A DNA stretch of 57,680 nucleotides from Clostridiales bacterium (GTDB taxonomy: Bacteria > Bacillota > Clostridia > Christensenellales > JAISNN01): positions 1 to 57,680 of the forward strand of contig JAISRB010000055.1 of assembly GCA_031273825.1 (NCBI GenBank), in the 5' to 3' direction. The first letter of the stretch is position 1. The number at the start of each line of letters is the position of its first letter. The notes beneath the pieces were generated by a model. The model was not told the origin of the DNA. It worked only from the letters and a program-made list of their open reading frames with translations, and ran no database searches. A program made the position numbers and the translations under genes. Positions 18,905-27,661 of this stretch are shown one piece after another.

Positions 18905-19362
18905 GTTTTGGTCCGCCTCCTCATTTTTCCGTAATTTATCGCGCCGCAAATAAAGCTTTCTGATTTGCGGATAACGATAATACCTATATTATAATACAAA
19001 TATATCTGCACGGCAAATAATTATATTTAGATTTATATAGATTTAATAGAATTTATAAAACTTTATATGAATTTAATTAAAGTTTTTGTTATTTTTTACA
19101 AAATAAACGACAAAAAGCGACACGCTTCCTTATTTTTCCCTATATTTGTATGATATTGTCAAGCATAAAAGCGGCCTCCCGCCGCGTTTTTGCGCCGCGC
19201 AATCCGTTAGCGGATAGCCGAAACGACCGCCTTGTCGCCTCATGGCGTGTTTTTTGCATACGCCGACGCGCAACTTATATTATCGTGCAGCCACGGCGTC
19301 CCCTAAAGCCTAAGGCAAACGCATTTTTTATGCGTTCGCCACGAAACGCTAAGCGCGGTCCG

Positions 19363-20742
19363 TCACAACCCCAGCACAAGCGTCGCCATGCCGAAATAAA
19401 AGACGAGACCGACGGCGTCGAGGATTGTCGATATGAGCGGAGCGGCCATGAGGGCGGGGTCAACCTTGATTTTTTTTGCCAGCATCGGCAGCATTCCGCC
19501 GGTGATTTTTGCGGCGACGACGGTAAACACGAGGCTTATTGCGACGATAAAGGCGATTTTTACCGGGTCTTGCTCTATGTTGCGGTACTGAATAACAATT
19601 CTGACAAAGTTGAACGCGCCGAGAATGATTCCTATTGACAGCGCGACGCGCAGCTCCTTCCAGAGCACCTTGGCGTAGTCCTTTGAGCTGATTTCGCCGA
19701 GAGCCATACCGCGAATGACGAGCGTCGAGGCCTGCGAGCCGGCGTTGCCGCCCGTTCCCGTAATCATCGGCATAAACACGACAAGCGAGCCGACGACAAG
19801 CGCCTTTTCAAACGCGCCGAGAATCAACCCTATGAGCATTCCCGACGCCATAAGCACGAGCAGCCACAGCAGCCTGTTTTTTGCCAAATCCCATACGGAC
19901 GATTTTAGATAGGTCTTTTCCGAGGGGCGCAGAGCCGCCATTTTTTCAAAGTCCTCGGTGTTTTCCTCCTCTATGACGTCGACGATATCGTCGACGGTGA
20001 CTATTCCGACAAGCCGGTTTTCCTTATCCAAAATCGGCAGCGACAGTAGGCCGTATTTTCTAAAGAGCGCGCTTATCTTTTCTTGGTCGTCGTTGGTATA
20101 GGCGTATATGAGATTGGAGTCCATCAAATGCCCGATTATGTCGCCGTTATTTGCGAATAGCAGCTTGCGCAGTGAAACGACTCCCTCCAAAATTCTGTTT
20201 TCGTTGGTGACGTATATGGTATATACGGTTTCCTTGTTGAGTCCGACGCGTCTGATTTTGCTTATAGCGTCCTCAACCGTATAGTTTTGGTTGACACTGA
20301 CGTATTCTATAGTCATTATGCTGCCCGCGCTGTCAAAGGGATATTTGAGAAACATATTTATCATTTGCCGCGTTTCCGGACGGGTTTTTGACAAGACCTT
20401 TAAGACCTTGTCGACTATATATGCGGGCATTTCCTCGAGAAAGTCGACGGTGTCGTCGAGAAACAGCTCGTCTAAAACCGACGCTATTTCGGCCTCTGAA
20501 AACGACGATATCAGCTGATGCTGAATATCTCCGTCGAGATAGGCAAACACCTCCGCCGCAAGCTCCTTTGACAGAATGCGATAGATAAGCGCGCGTTCCT
20601 TTGCCTGCGATTCGGACATAAACACCGATATGTCATAGGGCAGCATATCGTTGAGCATTCCGCGGAGAGCGCGGTATTCCTTTTCGTTCAGGAGATTTCG
20701 TATTTCCTCATATTTTTCACGAATGCGAAGATCTTCGTTCAT
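19363..20742 (-). CDS. mgtE: Magnesium transporter MgtE (paralog 2)
   Basis: 459 aa with an MgtE N-domain, a CBS pair, and a TM domain containing GGNAGSQASTL and PALMAAPLISTILDA. Confidence 0.9.
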   Translation of the reverse strand: MNEDLRIREKYEEIRNLLNEKEYRALRGMLNDMLPYDISVFMSESQAKERALIYRILSKELAAEVFAYLDGDIQHQLISSFSEAEIASVLDELFLDDTVDFLEEMPAYIVDKVLKVLSKTRPETRQMINMFLKYPFDSAGSIMTIEYVSVNQNYTVEDAISKIRRVGLNKETVYTIYVTNENRILEGVVSLRKLLFANNGDIIGHLMDSNLIYAYTNDDQEKISALFRKYGLLSLPILDKENRLVGIVTVDDIVDVIEEENTEDFEKMAALRPSEKTYLKSSVWDLAKNRLLWLLVLMASGMLIGLILGAFEKALVVGSLVVFMPMITGTGGNAGSQASTLVIRGMALGEISSKDYAKVLWKELRVALSIGIILGAFNFVRIVIQYRNIEQDPVKIAFIVAISLVFTVVAAKITGGMLPMLAKKIKVDPALMAAPLISTILDAVGLVFYFGMATLVLGL

Positions 20743-20758
20743 GGCATATTCCCCCTTG

Positions 20759-22138
20759 TCAAATGTTTAATATCAGCTTGGCCATGCCAAAATAAAAGGT
20801 AAGCGACACCGCGTCTATCATTGTGGAAATCAAAGGCGCGGCCATAATCGCGGGGTCGAGCTTTAGCTTTTTGGCTATAAGCGGCAGCATACTGCCGACG
20901 ACCTTAGAAATCATAATGACAAAAAACACGCTTATCGAAACGACAGCGGCGGTGAGATAGACGTTTGCGCCGATATCCTCGCGGCTTATGAGCGCGTATT
21001 GCAGAGTAAAGCGCGCAAACATAAACGCCGCGAGTATCCCGCCCAAAAGCAGGGCTACTCTTATCTCCTTCCAAAGAATTTTTTTGAAATCCTTAGTGGT
21101 AATTTCTCCGACGGCAAGTCCTCTGACTATCAGCGTCGCCGCCTGCGAGCCGGCGTTGCCGCCCGTGTCGGTCAGCATCGGCATAAAGGTTACGAGTACG
21201 ACAAGCATAGCGTCCTCAAATATGCCGAGGAGCGTTCCGACAAAGGTGCCCGATATCATGAGAACCAACAGCCAGACTATGCGGTTTTTTGTCAGGTCAA
21301 ATATCGACGATTTGAGATAAGGCTTTTCGGACGGGCGCAATGCCGCCAGCCTCTCGAAGTCCTCGGTGTCGGCCTCTTGTATGACGTCTACGACGTCGTC
21401 GATGGTTATGATTCCGACCATTCTGTTTTCCCAATCGATGACGGGAAGCGATATAAAGTCGTATCGCTTAAATATCTCCGACACCTTTTCCTTGTCGTCG
21501 TTTGTGTGGACGGCGACGACGTTTCTGTCCATTATGTTGCCGATAATCTCGTCGTTTTCGGCGAGCAGGAGATCCTTTACCGTCACTACGCCCTCGAGGA
21601 CGCGCATATTGTCGGTGACGTAAGCCGTGTATACCGTTTCCTTGTCGATTCCTATACGGCGAATGCGCCCAATGCTCTCCTCGACGGTGTAGTTTTTGTT
21701 GAGCATGACGTATTCTATCGTCATGAGACTGCCCGCGCCGTTTTCGGGATATTGCAAAAATCTGTTGAGAATTTTTCTCTGCTCGGGGTCGGTATGCGCC
21801 AGCACCTTATCGACCACGTAGGCCGGCATTTCCTCGAGAAAGTCGACCGCGTCGTCCAAAAACAGCTCGTCGAGGACGCTCGACAGCTCCTCGTGCGTAA
21901 AGGACATCACCAGCGTCTGCTGAACGTCGGCGTCAAGGTATGCAAAAACCTCCGCGGCTAATTCCTTAGGCAGAATTCTATAGACGACCAAGCGATCCTT
22001 TGACTCCTTGCGCATGATATATTCGGCTATATCGGCGGGCTTAAGCGTCGCAAGCTCGTTTCTAAGCTTGAGATATTTTTTGTCACGCAAGGCCTCGTTG
22101 ATGCTTGCCTCGACGGCGGTTTTTTTTGATTTGTCCAT
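20759..22138 (-). CDS. mgtE: Magnesium transporter MgtE (paralog 1)
   Basis: 459 aa and collinear with 19363..20742 (GGNAGSQAATL, PAIMAAPLISTMIDA). The gap between the two genes is 16 nt. Confidence 0.9.
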   Translation of the reverse strand: MDKSKKTAVEASINEALRDKKYLKLRNELATLKPADIAEYIMRKESKDRLVVYRILPKELAAEVFAYLDADVQQTLVMSFTHEELSSVLDELFLDDAVDFLEEMPAYVVDKVLAHTDPEQRKILNRFLQYPENGAGSLMTIEYVMLNKNYTVEESIGRIRRIGIDKETVYTAYVTDNMRVLEGVVTVKDLLLAENDEIIGNIMDRNVVAVHTNDDKEKVSEIFKRYDFISLPVIDWENRMVGIITIDDVVDVIQEADTEDFERLAALRPSEKPYLKSSIFDLTKNRIVWLLVLMISGTFVGTLLGIFEDAMLVVLVTFMPMLTDTGGNAGSQAATLIVRGLAVGEITTKDFKKILWKEIRVALLLGGILAAFMFARFTLQYALISREDIGANVYLTAAVVSISVFFVIMISKVVGSMLPLIAKKLKLDPAIMAAPLISTMIDAVSLTFYFGMAKLILNI

Positions 22139-22208
22139 TTAGTACCACCCTTTTAAAACGTAATCGGAACGCGCGGCGTCTGTCTCCGCGCCGTTTTTTT
22201 GCCGGCGG

Positions 22209-22559
22209 CTAAAAGCCGATGAGACCGCCTCCCGCCAAAATATGTATGTGCAGATGAAAGACCGTCTGCCCCGCCCGCTCGCCTCTGTTGATTATTAGCC
22301 TAAAGCCGCCGTCTATGCCGAGAACGGGACTAAGCTCCTTTAGCTTCAAAAGACACAGGCCTAAGTCCTCCGCCGTCCTTTGGTCGAGAGAGGTTATGTC
22401 CTTATAGTGCTCCTTTGGTATCATGAGCAGATGAATTTTGGCTTTGGGCTGAATGTCGCGTATGATTATCATTTTGTCGTCCTCATACAGCCTTTCCGAC
22501 GGTATGAGTCCGTCTATTATTTTGCAAAAAACGCAGTTTTTGTCATGTGAATCCGTCAT
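22209..22559 (-). CDS. HIT-family (histidine triad) protein
   Basis: CVFCKI near the N-terminus and the HLHIHILAGG triad motif. Confidence 0.9.
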   Translation of the reverse strand: MTDSHDKNCVFCKIIDGLIPSERLYEDDKMIIIRDIQPKAKIHLLMIPKEHYKDITSLDQRTAEDLGLCLLKLKELSPVLGIDGGFRLIINRGERAGQTVFHLHIHILAGGGLIGF

Positions 22560-22633
22560 ATTTTTTAATCCTCCGTTTTAATGGTTTTTTTGTTTATTTT
22601 TATCGGTATCAGGCGGTTCTATACCGCCGCAAA

Positions 22634-24472
22634 TCATTGCTCCGCGCCGTCAAAAAAGGCTCTTATTTTCTCCGCGTCCTTAGCCGTGATTTTGTCGCAG
22701 GCGGCAAGCTCCGCGGCCGTCGCCGCTTTGATTTTTTCAGCGGTCTTAAAGCGTTTATAGAGGCTTGCCGCCTTGATTTTGCCTATGCCCTCTATTTTTG
22801 TCAGCCCCGACTCAAATTCGCTTGCCGCCTTTAACCTCCTAAAGTAGGTTATGGCAAAGCGGTGCGCCTCGTCTCTGAGTCTCATGAGCATATTCAGCGC
22901 GGCGTTGTTTTTGTCGAGGACTATCGGCTCATCGCGGCCGAGGGTGTATATTTCCTCGTCGCGCTTGGCAAGCGATATAAGCTCTATGCCGTCTACCCCG
23001 CTCTCGTCGAGAGCTTTTTTTGCCGCCGAAAGCTGCCCCTTGCCGCCGTCTATGACAATGAGATCGGGCTTTGCGGAAAAGCTTTCGTCGCGGCAGTCGT
23101 CCGCGCCGTCCTTGAGCTTTGCCAGCCGCCTCATAAGCGTTTCGTTCATCGACGCAAAGTCGTCCGCGCCCTCTACGGTTTTGATTTTGAAGCGTCTGTA
23201 ATGCGAATTTTTGGCTTCGCCGTCGATAAATACCACCATGCTCGAAACCTTATAGCGGCCGCTTATGTTTGAAATGTCATAGGCCTCTATGCGCTTGGGC
23301 AGACGCGCCGTTCCCAAAACCCCTTTGAGCATTTCTACCGCGCCGTATGTCATCTGCCGCTTTTTGTCGGCGCGGAGGGCGTTGACGCGGAGATGCTCGG
23401 CGGCGTTTTTTAGCGCGGTTTCGGCAAGCCGCTTGTCTACTCCGCGCTTAGGACGGGTTATTCTGACGGGCGCGCCGCGCTTGGCCGTCAAAAGCTCCTG
23501 CATTCCGTCGTTTTCGTCAAGCTCGTGAGAGACGATTATTCTTGCGGCGTTGACCGGCTGTACGGCGTAATATTGCCTCATCAGCGAGCCTAAGGCCTCC
23601 CCCTCCGACAGCGACGCGTCGGACGACATAAAGCTTTCCTCGCCGACAATCTTGCCGCCTCTGACGACAATTAGCGACACCGCGCTAAACATTCCGTTGC
23701 CGGCTGCCGCGAATATGTCGAGATTAGCGTCCTTGTTTATCAAGGCGACCTGCTTTCTTGATATTTTTTCAAGTATTTTTAGCTTGTCGCGATAATAAAT
23801 CGCCGTCTCGTAGTCCTCGTTTTCGGTGGCTATCCGCATTTTTTCGGTCAATATCTCTTGCACCCTTTTGTCGTGTCCCGACAAAAAGGCTATTACGTCC
23901 TTTATGACCGCGTCATATTCGGAGCGCGCGTCAAGACAGCAAGGCGCAAGACAGCGTTTTATGTGGTAGTTGAGGCAGGGTCGCTTGTTTTTGGCGGCTT
24001 TTTCAAAGCTTTGCTTGCAATTTCTCAAAGGAAACGCGCCCTCTATCAGCTCGGTCATGTCCTTTGCGCCGACTCCCAGCATATACGGCCCGAAATATTT
24101 CGCGCCGTCGTTTTTTATGTTGCGTGTAATCTCAAGCCGCGGATATTTTTGACCGAGGTCGATTTTTATAAACGGATAGGCCTTGTCGTCCTTTAAGAGA
24201 ATGTTATATTGCGGTCTGTGCTTTTTTATCAGGTTGCTCTCAAGCATGAGAGCCTCGACCTCGTTTGCCGTCACTATATATCTAAAGTCGCGGACGCGCC
24301 GCATCATAGCCTCGACCTTTTCGCCCTTGCCGCCCGACGCGTGAAAATATTGACGGACGCGGTTTTTGAGATAACGCGCCTTTCCGACGTAGATTATTCC
24401 GCCGTCCGCGTCGAGCATGAGATAGACGCCGGGCAGAGCCGGCAAATTTTTTAGCTTTTCGTTTAACGTCAT
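22634..24472 (-). CDS. uvrC: Excinuclease ABC subunit C
   Basis: GIY-YIG (GVYLMLDADGGIIYVGKARYLKNRVRQYF), a UVR domain, an endonuclease domain, and a C-terminal HhH (GIGKIKAASLYKRF). Confidence 0.95.
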   Translation of the reverse strand: MTLNEKLKNLPALPGVYLMLDADGGIIYVGKARYLKNRVRQYFHASGGKGEKVEAMMRRVRDFRYIVTANEVEALMLESNLIKKHRPQYNILLKDDKAYPFIKIDLGQKYPRLEITRNIKNDGAKYFGPYMLGVGAKDMTELIEGAFPLRNCKQSFEKAAKNKRPCLNYHIKRCLAPCCLDARSEYDAVIKDVIAFLSGHDKRVQEILTEKMRIATENEDYETAIYYRDKLKILEKISRKQVALINKDANLDIFAAAGNGMFSAVSLIVVRGGKIVGEESFMSSDASLSEGEALGSLMRQYYAVQPVNAARIIVSHELDENDGMQELLTAKRGAPVRITRPKRGVDKRLAETALKNAAEHLRVNALRADKKRQMTYGAVEMLKGVLGTARLPKRIEAYDISNISGRYKVSSMVVFIDGEAKNSHYRRFKIKTVEGADDFASMNETLMRRLAKLKDGADDCRDESFSAKPDLIVIDGGKGQLSAAKKALDESGVDGIELISLAKRDEEIYTLGRDEPIVLDKNNAALNMLMRLRDEAHRFAITYFRRLKAASEFESGLTKIEGIGKIKAASLYKRFKTAEKIKAATAAELAACDKITAKDAEKIRAFFDGAEQ

Positions 24473-24474
24473 CT

Positions 24475-25170
24475 TTACAGCCTTCCGTACAGACGTTTTA
24501 TCAGAGCCTTAGCCGACCTTTCGTCAAGCTCGACGGCGTTGACGGCCTCGCTTATCGTTCCGAGCATATGCGAATCGGAATCGATAAGCACGCTCCGGTT
24601 TTTGCCGTAAATCTGCCTGAACGCCCCGTCGGCCTTAGGCGAAAATTCCACGGCGTCATAGTCGTCGTCGAGGTTTCCGAGTATCGAAACCATGCCGTTT
24701 GTCTCTCTGTCTATGTGCGCGGGAACGGCGACGCCGCCGGCCTCTCTCACGGCCTTTCTCACCCGATAAGAATATATATCGGCGGAGGCAAGCAGCATTC
24801 GCTCCTCCTCGCCGACTACGTTGTCGGCGGCGTCAAAAATCAGCTGGTCTCCGAATATCGTCTTGTTGTTTTTTATATCGCCGAAGCTTATGCCGTCATA
24901 AAACCGCGTCAGCGAACCGATATCGGGAAAAAGACACAAAAAATGAATGTCCTCGGCTGTCTGCAGCTCAAACGCTGGAACGACGGTGACGTCGTATTCC
25001 TCCTGCAACGCCAAAAAACTGCCGACGTTTTTTATGGAGTTGTGATCGGCTACGGCTATGATATTCAAGCCGTTGACAGCCGCCATACCCATTATATTAT
25101 TCGGCGTCATGTCGTTGTCCGCGCAGGGCGAAAGAGCCGAATGTATGTGAAGGTCATAAAAGTACCTCAT
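24475..25170 (-). CDS. PHP-domain metal-dependent phosphoesterase
   Basis: MRYFYDLHIHSALSPCAD...AVADHNS...PAHIDR. The ATG at 25170 overlaps the upstream stop (ATGA). The track's 81-aa Arg-rich N-extension is rejected. Confidence 0.8.
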   Translation of the reverse strand: MRYFYDLHIHSALSPCADNDMTPNNIMGMAAVNGLNIIAVADHNSIKNVGSFLALQEEYDVTVVPAFELQTAEDIHFLCLFPDIGSLTRFYDGISFGDIKNNKTIFGDQLIFDAADNVVGEEERMLLASADIYSYRVRKAVREAGGVAVPAHIDRETNGMVSILGNLDDDYDAVEFSPKADGAFRQIYGKNRSVLIDSDSHMLGTISEAVNAVELDERSAKALIKRLYGRL

Positions 25171-25496
25171 TTTATTTCGTTTCCGAGAATTACCGACGCT
25201 CCGTATGCGTCGAGTTCCGTCGATATGAGGTTGATTCCCTCGGCCTTGCACCGCGCCGACAGCCCCTCGTCGGGCTTTACTCCCTCGCAAAGCACGACTG
25301 CCGGAACCTCGGCGAGAAGAGCGACGGCGGCGACGTTGACGTTTGACATGACGGTAAACCACGCCGCGCCGACGGGCGCCTTGCTTATGACAAAGCTCAA
25401 AAAATCGCCGCAATAACCCGTCGTTATTTCACGGTTTTCAGAAAAATTTATCGTTTCGGCATTCAAAATTTCGATTAGTTTTTTTACGTCCGTCAT
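25167..25496 (-). CDS. DRTGG-domain protein
   Basis: 109 aa. The pattern GYCGDFLSFVISKAP...WFTVMSNVNVAAVALL...AVVLCEG is typical of small DRTGG proteins. Confidence 0.7.
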   Translation of the reverse strand: MTDVKKLIEILNAETINFSENREITTGYCGDFLSFVISKAPVGAAWFTVMSNVNVAAVALLAEVPAVVLCEGVKPDEGLSARCKAEGINLISTELDAYGASVILGNEIK

Positions 25497-25530
25497 ATTT
25501 TTACCTCCGTGCGCCGCGTCAAGCGGACTT

Positions 25531-26772
25531 TTAGCCGTCGTTTTGATGCAAATCGGGCAGTCTGAATTTTATGCACGTAGACAGCTCCTGCCCTCTCAAA
25601 ACTACGTCCTCGCTAAAGGCCTTGCAGCTCGGCGCGCCGCATATGCCGCAGTCTAAGTGCGCCAGATGCTTATATATCTCGGATATCTGCATGAGCTTTG
25701 ACATAGCCCTCGCTCTGTCGTCGTCGAGCTTCATGACCTCGTTGACCTCATAGGCCTTTTCGTTGCAAAAGAATTCTATCGGCTTGCCCAACGCGTCCAT
25801 GTCGTTCTTTGAGATAGGCGTGTATTTTTTTAGCGCGTTGATTTTTGCCTTGGCTATATACGGGTTTTCGATATTCAAAACGCCGCCCACACAGCCGCCG
25901 CTGCAAGCGTTAAGCTCGACAAAATCCGTCTGCATCAGCTTGTCGTCCTCTATTTCCTTTAATATTTCCATGACGTTTTCGAGACCGTCGACGGCAAAAC
26001 ATATGTTTCCGAAAATCGCCGCCGCCTCGCCTCCGCTGACCGCCCACGACAGCCCCGTCAGACCGGCCTTGCTCAATTCGCGCGGCTCGGCGATTTTGGG
26101 CATTTCGTTGATGAGCTTAAAATACACCTCGCTGAACGATATGACTCCGTCGACAAACCCGGATAGGCTTAGCGAATGCACCTTTGCCGGACACGAGGTT
26201 ATATAAAACACGCCTATCTCCTCGGGCTTTAAGCCCGTATCCGCGACGGCCTTTTCTCGCGCAAGCTTGGCGGAAATTTCGGCGGGCGCAAGCAGATTGA
26301 GCATGTTGTCCTTTAGATTGTGAAACTTAAGCAAAATAAGCTCGACCACCGCCGGGCATTTTGTGCCTATTATCGGCTTTTTTACGGCCTTGCCGTCGGC
26401 GATAAGCCGTCTTGTCGCCTGACTCAAAAGCTCGCCGCCTCTGGCCGTCTCGTATATGTCGTCAAAGCCTATTCTCAAAAGCCCGTCTAATACATAGTTG
26501 ATATCGGTGAGGTTGTTAAACTGTCCATAAATCGTCGGCGGCGGCAGGGCGACCTTGTATTTAAAGGCGTGTATCATTTCAAACGGGTCATAAACGGGTT
26601 TTTTGGCATGATACGGACAACAGCGTATACATTCGCCGCAGGCTATGCAACGCTCATAAATGATTTTGGCCTTGCCCCCCCTGACCCTTATGGCCTCGGT
26701 CGGGCAACGCTTCATGCACGTTATACATCCCTTGCATTTATCCGCGTCAAGCGTAACAAATTTTCTTTCCAC
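25531..26772 (-). CDS. [FeFe]-hydrogenase-like protein (2x[4Fe-4S] ferredoxin N-terminus, H-domain-like core, C-terminal 4-Cys Fe-S domain); probably sensory
   Basis: CKGCITCMKRCP and CIACGECIRCCP, then GTKCP, TSCPAK and ACSGGCVGG (L1/L2/L3-like), and a C-terminal CGICGAPSC...C. Confidence 0.8.
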   Translation of the reverse strand: MERKFVTLDADKCKGCITCMKRCPTEAIRVRGGKAKIIYERCIACGECIRCCPYHAKKPVYDPFEMIHAFKYKVALPPPTIYGQFNNLTDINYVLDGLLRIGFDDIYETARGGELLSQATRRLIADGKAVKKPIIGTKCPAVVELILLKFHNLKDNMLNLLAPAEISAKLAREKAVADTGLKPEEIGVFYITSCPAKVHSLSLSGFVDGVISFSEVYFKLINEMPKIAEPRELSKAGLTGLSWAVSGGEAAAIFGNICFAVDGLENVMEILKEIEDDKLMQTDFVELNACSGGCVGGVLNIENPYIAKAKINALKKYTPISKNDMDALGKPIEFFCNEKAYEVNEVMKLDDDRARAMSKLMQISEIYKHLAHLDCGICGAPSCKAFSEDVVLRGQELSTCIKFRLPDLHQNDG

Positions 26773-26838
26773 CGTCTTCCCTCTTTTTTAAGTATATTAT
26801 GCTTTGACAGTTTTTTTTGCGGCGGTTTACCGCTTTTT

Positions 26839-27267
26839 TTATGTCAATCTGACCGTCATATATATGGTCGTGCCTATTCCGAGCTTTGATTCTATTCTCA
26901 TCTCGTCCGAATTTTTTTTCATGTTGGGCAGACCCATGCCCGCGCCGAAGCCCAAAGCCCTGATATCCTCGGGGGCGGTCGAATATCCCTCCTTCATGGC
27001 AAGCGCGATGTCGGCTATTCCGGGACCTCTGTCGGCGAGTATTATCTCGACGCGGTCGTGATATATCTCGACCGTCGCCTTGCCGCCGTCGGCGTGAATG
27101 ACCATGTTGATTTCACCCTCATACATAGCTATCGCGACGCGCCTGACGTCGGACGAGCCTATGCCGAGCAGCTTTAACTGCGTCTTGACCGACTCGCTTG
27201 CCGAGCCTGCCGACGCGAAGTTTTCGGAATCGACCTTGAATTCAAGTCTTATGCAATCCTGGCTCAT
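26839..27267 (-). CDS. HATPase_c anti-sigma-factor-like Ser/Thr kinase (RsbW/SpoIIAB-like)
   Basis: 142 aa with EGEINMVIHA, DRGPGI and GFGAGMGLPNM (N, G1 and G2 boxes). It has a 4-nt overlap with the upstream gene. Confidence 0.8.
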   Translation of the reverse strand: MSQDCIRLEFKVDSENFASAGSASESVKTQLKLLGIGSSDVRRVAIAMYEGEINMVIHADGGKATVEIYHDRVEIILADRGPGIADIALAMKEGYSTAPEDIRALGFGAGMGLPNMKKNSDEMRIESKLGIGTTIYMTVRLT

Positions 27268-27617
27268 ACGCAGTGTTCGCCTCCGCTGAGTCCCGCCTTA
27301 TAGAGCAGACCGCAAGCTATGTACATTCTGTGCGGCGAACACAAAATGACTATTCCCTTTTCTCTGGCAAGGTCGAGTATGACCGAATCGGGTTTTTTGT
27401 CTCTGACGAGAAGTATGCACCTTATGTCCATCATCTCGGCGGTTCTGACGACCTGCGGGTTGCAAAGCCCCGTGATAAGCACGGCCTGATCCTTTACGTA
27501 TGCCAAAACGTCGCTCATCATGTCGGCCGCGCAGGCCGAATAGACCTCTTCGTCGATTTTGTCCTTACAGACAGGCACCTCCGCCTTTAAAAGTTCCGCG
27601 ATTTCTCTGATTTTCAC
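27264..27617 (-). CDS. DRTGG-domain protein
   Basis: 117 aa with MMSDVLAYVKDQAVLITGLCNPQVVRTAEMMDIRCILLVRDKKP. Confidence 0.7.
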   Translation of the reverse strand: MKIREIAELLKAEVPVCKDKIDEEVYSACAADMMSDVLAYVKDQAVLITGLCNPQVVRTAEMMDIRCILLVRDKKPDSVILDLAREKGIVILCSPHRMYIACGLLYKAGLSGGEHCV

Positions 27618-27661
27618 GATAAAAAACTCCTTATACTTTTTTATATATTCCCTTTGTTATC

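Noticed and set aside
19150-19638. 162-aa plus-strand ORF at the mgtE 3' end.
   Set aside because: It is antisense to the conserved MgtE TM domain and runs across terminator hairpins. The translation is Arg-rich with no motifs.
22139-22208. Looked for an M-box (ykoK) riboswitch upstream of the mgtE genes.
   Set aside because: The intergenic gaps are about 70 nt and 16 nt, too short for the element, and no conserved M-box helices were seen.
25171-25413. The track extends the PHP gene by 81 Arg-rich codons (ORF 24475..25413).
   Set aside because: The extension overlaps the DRTGG gene in another frame, is low-complexity, and lacks homology character. The conserved MRYFYDLHIHS start at 25170 forms an ATGA overlap with the upstream stop.
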